In this document: one piece after another, positions 56,904 to 64,000 of the stretch
Layout: the number at the start of each line of letters is the position of its first letter
Position numbering within the stretch: position 1 is the first letter of the stretch
From: an uncultured virus (IMG/VR IMGVR_UViG_3300027741_000038)
Lineage: Duplodnaviria > Heunggongvirae > Uroviricota > Caudoviricetes
IMG/VR virus record: IMGVR_UViG_3300027741_000038
Direction: 5' to 3' (one strand)
Length of the DNA stretch: 64,000 nt
Position numbers and translations under genes: made by a program
Notes under the pieces: generated by a model
The model's input: only the letters and a program-made list of their open reading frames with translations
Told to the model about the DNA's origin: nothing
The model's database searches: none

Positions 56904-58481
56904 TTATTTTACTTTTCTACCCTCACCTTGAGCATTTCTTCCGCCCCCTGATTTGTCTGGTGCATTTAGATTTCTTTGGGTGTCACGTTCTCTATTGCCA
57001 TCCATTCTTGCATCTGCTGCTTGTTGTGGCTTTAGCTCCAAAGGATCATCTCCGCCTTCAATTGGGGCTAAGCCCTTTCTTGAACGAACTTCATTTGGAA
57101 GAATTACCTTGTCTTTAAGATAAGTATCATCAATTCTTGCCATTGTTTCTTCATCTGTAAGAGACAATTCTTCAAATCTAAGCATAAATGCGTCTGTAAA
57201 CTCAGCTAAAATCTTGTTAAGCTTGTACTCAAGTTCTTCTTGCATTGGACGACACACTTGCTCTTTAAATGTTTTATCCGCATCCTTAGCGTTTGCCAAT
57301 GAGACTCCTGCAGGCATACCAATTTTAGAAATTGGCACACGATGAGCAATAAGGATACGATCTCTATTTTCTATGGCATAGTTATTAAATGAAGAGTCTT
57401 GTATTCCCGCCTCAACTGGCTCCATCTTAAATTCAACACGACTATTTTCGCCATCCGATGGAAGAGGAATATAGAGCGTTCTGTGGTTACGGCCTTTAAG
57501 CCCAGTCTGAAAAAACTCAAGAAGCTTACGCTCTGACTCTGCACTTAACTTGGCACCCTTTACAGTAATAATATAGCGTGGCACTGCTTTGTTTTCAAAA
57601 TAATCTAAATTAAATCTTTGTGCAAACTCATCACCAGCTACAGCATTTTTTGCAGATAAAATATCTGGTACACCGTAGTATGTATTTGATGGTGTAAACT
57701 TTTTAAAATGAATTACTTCGTTTGGCTGTGGGTCTGTTCCAATTTGATCTGGAGTTTCTGTATCTCCAAAATTTCTAAAGAATGTATAACGATTATATAC
57801 AACCTGCACAAAGCCATCACGGTGACGACGAATACGCATAGTTGTTGTTGGGATATGTCCCAGATAGCCAATTTTTCCTGTAGCTGTACGACCAACTTCA
57901 AGATAAGCGTTACCTGTTGACTCTAAATCTGTATATACTTTTTTCATATTTTCTGTAAAAGAATCATCTGAATTCATTGATTCAAGAAAATCACGAAGCT
58001 CAACTTTTGCTGCTTCAATTTTTGTGCGTAGCTTGTCAAGCTTCTTTGGATCATCAATAACATCTTGTACTTTTTGAGTTACTTTAAATGTTTCTTCAAA
58101 TTTATACCCCAGCCCAATTACGTTTGCAACTTTGGCATTAACTGCTGAATGGTGATAGGGGGACACATCATAAAGTTGTGATAAATAAAGCATGTTAAAT
58201 GGAGGCTGAACAATCTGAAATAAAGAATAGCCTGTAAGATCAAGCGGATCAAGCTTTTTAGATTTTGCATCATCTATGCCAGAAAAAGACTTTTCAAGCC
58301 TATTAGCTTGACGACGGATATTTGGATTAAGCCCGTCCATCTTTTTAATATCATCCCAAGATTTAGAAAACGGATCTTCAAATGCTTCTGATGTAGAGCC
58401 ACCAAATCCAAAGTCTACGTTTGATCTAACTTGTACTTCGTTTTCTTCGTTATCGTCCATGATTGTTACGTTGTGTTCCAT
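56904..58481 (-). CDS. portal protein
   Basis: TGNAYLEV, EVIHFK, YYGVP, YFENKAVP, PNEVR...GL.P..GGD. Confidence 0.93.
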   Translation of the reverse strand: MEHNVTIMDDNEENEVQVRSNVDFGFGGSTSEAFEDPFSKSWDDIKKMDGLNPNIRRQANRLEKSFSGIDDAKSKKLDPLDLTGYSLFQIVQPPFNMLYLSQLYDVSPYHHSAVNAKVANVIGLGYKFEETFKVTQKVQDVIDDPKKLDKLRTKIEAAKVELRDFLESMNSDDSFTENMKKVYTDLESTGNAYLEVGRTATGKIGYLGHIPTTTMRIRRHRDGFVQVVYNRYTFFRNFGDTETPDQIGTDPQPNEVIHFKKFTPSNTYYGVPDILSAKNAVAGDEFAQRFNLDYFENKAVPRYIITVKGAKLSAESERKLLEFFQTGLKGRNHRTLYIPLPSDGENSRVEFKMEPVEAGIQDSSFNNYAIENRDRILIAHRVPISKIGMPAGVSLANAKDADKTFKEQVCRPMQEELEYKLNKILAEFTDAFMLRFEELSLTDEETMARIDDTYLKDKVILPNEVRSRKGLAPIEGGDDPLELKPQQAADARMDGNRERDTQRNLNAPDKSGGGRNAQGEGRKVK

Positions 58482-58819
58482 TATCCTAGCTTCATCTCCC
58501 GCATTTCTTTAACATATTCCATCATTGCAGGTGTGTCCTGTGTATCTGGAATTAAGCCTATATTTGATCTTGTTTTTTGTTCTTCAAGTTCATCATCTGT
58601 TACTGTTCTATGACCCGCAAAAAAGATAGGCTTTCCTTCTGAAAGACCATGGTATTTAGCAACTTCTTTAATCTTTTTAATCTGCTTAATGTCACCTTTA
58701 AGTGACGGGACACAAAGATATCCGCCTTCATCGTCTATAACTAATGATTCATCGGGCATTTGCCACATATATAATCCCCAGTTGACTTCATCTACGGGGG
58801 TAATCTTCATTTTTCCCAT
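58481..58819 (-). CDS. hypothetical protein (leaderless)
   Basis: TGGTATTAT 6 nt before ATG; coupled to portal. Confidence 0.7.
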   Translation of the reverse strand: MGKMKITPVDEVNWGLYMWQMPDESLVIDDEGGYLCVPSLKGDIKQIKKIKEVAKYHGLSEGKPIFFAGHRTVTDDELEEQKTRSNIGLIPDTQDTPAMMEYVKEMREMKLG

Positions 58820-58879
58820 GTTGTTATAATACCATTTTGTTTAGTTAAAGCCTAATAAATGTACTGATGACTGCCATTT

Positions 58880-60847
58880 TTAATATGTATGATCATGTGA
58901 AATGACAGCAAGACCGCCATTTAAGCTTGTAGGAGTTGATCCAATGTACTCAAGAATAGTGCCCAGCGTAGTTGTAGTATCATATACAATTGCAGTTTGT
59001 GTAGCAAGATATGAAAGGTATCTCGTTTGAACCTCTGTTGCACTTAAAGCGGTTGGGAACATGGTTATATATCCATACATTGCTTGCGGAGATGCTGATA
59101 AACCATCTGTGCTTCCATTAATGTATATTGGATTAGTTGTTGATGTATTATAAACAAGTGTTATAAAATAAGTTGCCCCAGGCACTATAGCATATGAGTT
59201 TGTTGATTGTTGTACACCATTGATATATAGGGTTGCATTAGCCCCTAGGTTGCTTGATAAGAGGTTTGAGCTACTGGATATAGATATATCTACACCCGAT
59301 ATAGTTGCAGTGTCTAAAACGGCTGCTGAGCTTGCGCTAGTTCCTGTGTATTTAAACCAAAATTCTATAGTTTTATAAGCAGTACTATTGGTTGATGTAA
59401 TTACAGCTGATCCTGGATATCCCGTCCCAGGTGTTTGATTTACAAAATTAATGCCTAAATTCCTGTGTCTTGAAAGCAAATTATCTGTGTGCTCTTTAAT
59501 CATATAGGTTGATCCAGTTGTAGGGGTCATAACAAATCCGCCTGAATCTGCTGCTATATTTAAAGTTTTATAAATTTTAATTGAAAGATTATCTAGTCTT
59601 GGCTGGGTGCTTAAAGAAGTATCTGGTGAATACATTTGTACTTTAATTAATAAACTTGCACTTGCATTGTTAAGCGAATTTTGTAAAAAGAAAGGAACTA
59701 GTTCATTGCTTAATACCTCATACCATGTTGTTCCATTATCATAAGATGAATAAACCTTTATGCTTTTATTCCCGCCTGTTGTTACATTTGAAGTTGCAGT
59801 ATCCCAATAAATACTTATTCCAACAAAGCTTATGGTGTTGATTAATGGAAAGTTATAGTACCAAGTACCAGTTAATGTGCTGGCTGTAGTAGTTTGTTTA
59901 ATCGTTATTCCGCCGTTATCTGGAACAAGATCTACATATGAGCCTTGATCATAATCTTTTGAAGAACTAAATCTTCTTTCCATATGTATCATTTCACTTC
60001 TTGATTTAATATCAAAATGATAAGCATTACCTTGTTGTGCAAAATGGTCTGGTCCAGAATCTGTGTTTGCCCAATATATATGATTATCAATTTCTTTTTT
60101 AGAAAGCTTATATGTGTAAAAAGCAAGATCATTTATTGTAAATGATTTACCTGTTGGGGCTGGCCCTAACTTATACTTTACATAAGTATTTGTAGTCATT
60201 GTAAATTTATCATTTTTTGGTATCATAACAGATTCATCTGATACGCCATCTGCCATAATTTCAATATTTTTTTCATTATAAGAAAGATATATGTGAACTT
60301 TTTTATCCCATGAATACATACGCTTTTTAGTTGTATATGAGCTTGTGGCAGTATTTACAGTAAAATAAATATAATCATTTTGAGCATATGCTTCAGCAAT
60401 TACGGTTGTATCATTTACAACGCTAAATAGATTTGTTTTAGCATCTGGTGCTTCTGAAAATAATGCCCAGAATTCTATTCCAAATATCCCGCCTTCATAA
60501 TTTTTATCAAAAAAACTATATGTATCAAAAATACTTATAATTGAATTATCATTAAGCTTGCAACCATTAATTGTTGAATCGCTAAAAAGACGGGAGTTAA
60601 GGGTTAAAATATCTAAGAAAGTTGGTAATTGAGATCCAAAACCAACAGCAGCATGATTACCACTTACAGATATATCTTCAAAAGTAATAGATCCAGCTTC
60701 ATATGCATATGTAGCTTCAGAATTTAACCATTGTTGATATGTTGCGTATTGCTCAAGTACAGTAGCATAGGTGCGGTAGGTAAAGGTACCTGTTAAAGGC
60801 CAATAGGCTACAGGATCATCTCTAAGTACAGCTTCTTTATATGACAT
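58880..60847 (-). CDS. LamG/concanavalin-like virion protein
   Basis: MSY...VL.D.P.AYW.L, two IEFW LamG-type domains. Confidence 0.75.
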   Translation of the reverse strand: MSYKEAVLRDDPVAYWPLTGTFTYRTYATVLEQYATYQQWLNSEATYAYEAGSITFEDISVSGNHAAVGFGSQLPTFLDILTLNSRLFSDSTINGCKLNDNSIISIFDTYSFFDKNYEGGIFGIEFWALFSEAPDAKTNLFSVVNDTTVIAEAYAQNDYIYFTVNTATSSYTTKKRMYSWDKKVHIYLSYNEKNIEIMADGVSDESVMIPKNDKFTMTTNTYVKYKLGPAPTGKSFTINDLAFYTYKLSKKEIDNHIYWANTDSGPDHFAQQGNAYHFDIKSRSEMIHMERRFSSSKDYDQGSYVDLVPDNGGITIKQTTTASTLTGTWYYNFPLINTISFVGISIYWDTATSNVTTGGNKSIKVYSSYDNGTTWYEVLSNELVPFFLQNSLNNASASLLIKVQMYSPDTSLSTQPRLDNLSIKIYKTLNIAADSGGFVMTPTTGSTYMIKEHTDNLLSRHRNLGINFVNQTPGTGYPGSAVITSTNSTAYKTIEFWFKYTGTSASSAAVLDTATISGVDISISSSSNLLSSNLGANATLYINGVQQSTNSYAIVPGATYFITLVYNTSTTNPIYINGSTDGLSASPQAMYGYITMFPTALSATEVQTRYLSYLATQTAIVYDTTTTLGTILEYIGSTPTSLNGGLAVISHDHTY

Positions 60848-60914
60848 ATAATCTATTATACCTTTTTAATAAATTAAAGCGTTAAATTCTTAGGTATGTC
60901 ATGGTTAATTAAGT

Positions 60915-61484
60915 TTAATACTTGTCTATTAGCAGGTTCGCGTTGACAACTGACCTTACAGAGTGTTTTTGAGGAGGGGTTATGGCGTGAAAATGCCTAC
61001 CGTCCACAACAAACGCCGCGCCTCTTTTAGGGGATATTGAGTGCATAATCGTAAGAGGGGGCTTAATAATCTGACCAGTAAACGTATCCTCATATAAAAC
61101 TGTATCCCCATCACTATCGTGCAGGTAATACAAAAATATTAAATGCGGGTCGTCCCTGTCTACGTGTGGGTATAGCGACCCAGTCTTAAAAGTATGAGGG
61201 GTTACGTTAAGTTTTACCCTACCAAGGGAGGTATAAGCTATGCCGTGTTTTATACAGAACTTATCAATTAGCCACTTAAAGTCTTTGTGTATAGGTGAAC
61301 CTTCAGGTATTCCAGCTGAAAAATAAGGTACATCTTTTTTACGTGTATTTACAACACCAGGGTGGTCTACGTCGTTACTTTGAGTTCCTTTAAAATAGCA
61401 CCAAGGTGTATCTACAGAATAGAAAAGGTCGTCTACAAAACGCATTTCGTCTTCGGTAAGGAAGTCATCATCGTATATAAACAT
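60915..61484 (-). CDS. 2OG-Fe(II) oxygenase
   Basis: PHVD, LYYL.DSDGDT, FHA..P....R. Confidence 0.8.
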   Translation of the reverse strand: MFIYDDDFLTEDEMRFVDDLFYSVDTPWCYFKGTQSNDVDHPGVVNTRKKDVPYFSAGIPEGSPIHKDFKWLIDKFCIKHGIAYTSLGRVKLNVTPHTFKTGSLYPHVDRDDPHLIFLYYLHDSDGDTVLYEDTFTGQIIKPPLTIMHSISPKRGAAFVVDGRHFHAITPPQKHSVRSVVNANLLIDKY

Positions 61485-62218
61485 TATTTGTAAACCTTAC
61501 GTTCCCAGTAAAGCTTTTTATACACCCCACTAGGCTCAGTTCTAAAAACATCCCCAACGTGTTGTTTAGCGTGTGCCTCTTGGTCCGTAAGCATACTTAT
61601 ATTGCTTTTCCAAAGCTCTCTTTTAAAAGGTATTATTTGAACGTAGGGGGTACCTTTTGGTATTACACCTTTAAAACTTCTTTTTAAGAATAAAGGAACG
61701 TTTCCAGGCGTATCCATTTTATCGTTTTCAATAATACCGTTAGTTACAACCCAAGGTAAATCAAACCTATTTAATGGGCTTACGTATAAAGCGCTATATC
61801 CTTCAGGCAAGCTAACCCCCCACTGAGGCAGCACCGCTATATGATGAGGGTAGCAGTCATCTGGGGCGCTAAATCCTTTCATTTCTGGGCGAACCTCAAT
61901 AAAAGTTTTATATTTTTCATCAATTGATACGTGAATATCATCGCCATCCACTTCTATTAAAATATCAGTAGGTGTTACAAAACAATAACCCAGTGACATA
62001 GCGTCAAAGAACGGCATACAAGCTTTAAACGTTGGTTTATTTACGTCGCCCTCTAAATAACGTTCCGCTTCTCTGTACCAGTGGGGTAGTGAATAGAGTG
62101 CGGTAATAGGGTTATTTGGGTCGTCTTGGAGCTTATTATCAAATGAATAAAAAGTAATCTCTTTATCTGTAGGTTTCACCGAATATGTCCTCTGGGTAGC
62201 TGTAATCAACAGAATCAT
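61484..62218 (-). CDS. hypothetical protein often found with phage 2OG oxygenases
   Basis: KACMPFFDAM..GY, P.GYS, GTP..QIIPFKR. Confidence 0.7.
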   Translation of the reverse strand: MILLITATQRTYSVKPTDKEITFYSFDNKLQDDPNNPITALYSLPHWYREAERYLEGDVNKPTFKACMPFFDAMSLGYCFVTPTDILIEVDGDDIHVSIDEKYKTFIEVRPEMKGFSAPDDCYPHHIAVLPQWGVSLPEGYSALYVSPLNRFDLPWVVTNGIIENDKMDTPGNVPLFLKRSFKGVIPKGTPYVQIIPFKRELWKSNISMLTDQEAHAKQHVGDVFRTEPSGVYKKLYWERKVYK

Positions 62219-62531
62219 AATAGCGTGTTAGCTTTGGGCTATTTTCTTGAATATACTGCAACACGTCCATAGTGTTATCAAATTTTAACGATAACTGTGT
62301 TAAATGTTCCGCAGCCTCATTATGAAAAGACTTAGCCTCCTCTTCGGAAGAATGAAGATTATAAAACAATATTTTAAGGTGTGAAATTTTTCCTTCATGC
62401 TCTGAAGGAAGAAGAGCAGTTTCATATTTATTGTTTATTAATTTAATAGTATTTAATCTAAAGTAAATACGGTCGTCAAACTTCAATAAAGTTTTTAATT
62501 CCCAATGATTTATAGTCGGATCATATGCCAT
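62163..62531 (-). CDS. hypothetical protein
   Basis: ORF in operon. Confidence 0.55.
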   Translation of the reverse strand: MAYDPTINHWELKTLLKFDDRIYFRLNTIKLINNKYETALLPSEHEGKISHLKILFYNLHSSEEEAKSFHNEAAEHLTQLSLKFDNTMDVLQYIQENSPKLTRYYDSVDYSYPEDIFGETYR

Positions 62532-62534
62532 TTT

Positions 62535-63155
62535 TTATACCTCTTGTTCTAACTTATCCTCATGGTTTGCGTATTCCGTCCAAAAACTAGAAATAGTATA
62601 GCGGGTGCCGTTCAATACCCTTTTAACTCCATGAGAGTGGTGCACATCCCCTGGAAAAAAAGCAAGCATGCCCGGTTTAACGGGGATAGAAATGCCGTGT
62701 TGGGGAAAATGAATATCTCCCCCCTCAAAATCATCGTTTAAATATAAAACGCAACCCACCTGTCGCCAGTTATACACATGCGGCTCTAACCCATAGTTTT
62801 CAAAGTCTGAGTGGGCTGGTTGAACGTATCCGTGGGGCCACTTAATTAAATTTAAACTGTCGGCGTATACAACATCAAGGTTATAAACTTTCATTATCTC
62901 GTGTTTAATCCTTGTTCTTAAGTTAACTAATTTATTAAAAATGTCAATGTCATAAGGTGTCCCTAACCCCTTTCCAATGGATTTAAGATTTGCAGCGCCC
63001 ATAAATCTATTAGACCACTGGCTGTAGGGGTCACCCGTAGAGTCCCCCATATCCCAAAGACCATTAGTATCTAAATACTTTTGATAGTTTATAAATAAAT
63101 CAATTTCTTCTTTTTTTATAAAATCGTGGATAACTATTATGTCCTCTTTAGCCAT
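62535..63155 (-). CDS. 2OG-Fe(II) oxygenase (P4H-like)
   Basis: HSD...YLNDDFEGG...HGV....G.RY. Confidence 0.88.
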   Translation of the reverse strand: MAKEDIIVIHDFIKKEEIDLFINYQKYLDTNGLWDMGDSTGDPYSQWSNRFMGAANLKSIGKGLGTPYDIDIFNKLVNLRTRIKHEIMKVYNLDVVYADSLNLIKWPHGYVQPAHSDFENYGLEPHVYNWRQVGCVLYLNDDFEGGDIHFPQHGISIPVKPGMLAFFPGDVHHSHGVKRVLNGTRYTISSFWTEYANHEDKLEQEV

Positions 63156-63157
63156 AT

Positions 63158-63724
63158 CTATTTCCTATCTAAAAATGATTGAGCCGCGGATACCGAGTAA
63201 TCGTAAGACCAAAACGAAGTTATAGCATACCTAACACCATTAAATATCTCAGTTACCCCGTGCATATACTCAAAAGTGGAGGGAAACATTACTAATAAAT
63301 TTGGTTTTGGGGTAACAGTTGTATTTTGATTTGGAAACCATAGGTCGCCCCCAGAAAACTCCCCACCCAAATAAATTAACGCAGAGAATTTTCTATGTGA
63401 GGTTCCATTGTCTTCCCCGTTATTTCCCGTAGAATCAGAGTGCGGGTTGCCAGTCTGCCCTCTATAAGTCCTAGCAAATTGAAGGAGTTCCGCATACAGA
63501 GGAACCTCTATATTAAAAGTGTTAGTTATTTCAGCTGACATTTTAATAGAAGTATCTTTTAAAAGATTAAGAAGCTCGGTTGACTTAACTGAATGCGGGT
63601 TTATACATCTACTATCCCACAAAGGGGTGTGAGGAAGCGGCTCCCAGTCCTCTGTAGTTAAAACATAATTAGAAAGGGTATTAAAGTCATCTTCTAAAAG
63701 AAAGTTTTCTTTTTGTATAATCAT
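63158..63724 (-). CDS. 2OG-Fe(II) oxygenase (P4H-like)
   Basis: HSD...YL...F.GG...HGV....G.RY. Confidence 0.88.
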   Translation of the reverse strand: MIIQKENFLLEDDFNTLSNYVLTTEDWEPLPHTPLWDSRCINPHSVKSTELLNLLKDTSIKMSAEITNTFNIEVPLYAELLQFARTYRGQTGNPHSDSTGNNGEDNGTSHRKFSALIYLGGEFSGGDLWFPNQNTTVTPKPNLLVMFPSTFEYMHGVTEIFNGVRYAITSFWSYDYSVSAAQSFLDRK

Positions 63725-63927
63725 TGCTCACGACCCCATTTAACTTTATTCCAAACGCGTTCGTGGACATAGTAAAGAAAAACTTTAGTAAATATCTCCA
63801 TGCCCGAAATAGCTAAAGCCAGCTTTGCTTTTCCAGTGATAACATAAGACAAGATAAACGTGTCTACAGTACCCATAAGTCTCCAAGTAACAGCTTTGGT
63901 AAAAGAACGTGAATGCGTGACGTTCAT
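63721..63927 (-). CDS. DUF2061-type small membrane protein
   Basis: RS..KA.TWR..GT.DT...YY.HERVW..V.WG. Confidence 0.85.
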   Translation of the reverse strand: MNVTHSRSFTKAVTWRLMGTVDTFILSYVITGKAKLALAISGMEIFTKVFLYYVHERVWNKVKWGREQ

Positions 63928-64000
63928 TGCCCCGCCCCCAAAGCCATAAAACCAAGTAGCTTAGATACCCATTTCGCTACGCTTTTGAGTAGCGCTGATA

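Noticed and set aside
1..64000. Stop-codon recoding or prophage integration
   Set aside because: Standard code gives intact long genes using all three stops; no suppressor tRNA, integrase or host flank seen

Overview
The window is an AT-rich, gene-dense segment of a large tailed dsDNA phage with a long non-contractile (sipho-type) tail. An actinobacterial host is likely, based on WhiB, an FmdB-type zinc ribbon, a short-arm tRNA-Leu(UAA) and leaderless genes; the layout recalls large Streptomyces/freshwater actinophages. Almost all genes are on the minus strand. From right to left it holds: a 2OG-Fe(II) oxygenase cluster; head genes (portal, protease/scaffold, major capsid); head-tail connectors; tail genes (major tail protein, chaperone with a -1 frameshift, tape measure, tip and fibre); replication/recombination genes (DnaB, DnaG, SSB, DnaE, RecA, Cas4-like, RuvC); a glycan-modification cluster; terminase; seven tRNAs; and an accessory region (Hsp20, Dps, endolysin, GroES, WhiB, thioredoxin, HslV-like protease, secreted proteins). 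Three observations stand out. (1) A ~125-nt structured non-coding element inside the tRNA cluster carries a near copy of 23S rRNA helix 69 plus short complementarities to other ribosomal functional sites, and shares a 10-mer with a second pseudoknotted sRNA candidate. (2) An S-[IL]-W-x-G-x-F motif and repeated hydrophobic-x-K|[AS] sites are shared by the scaffold and two distant modular proteins, suggesting capsid cargo loading and processing. (3) A ROSE-like RNA thermometer precedes hsp20. All calls come from reading motifs by eye; no database searches were run.
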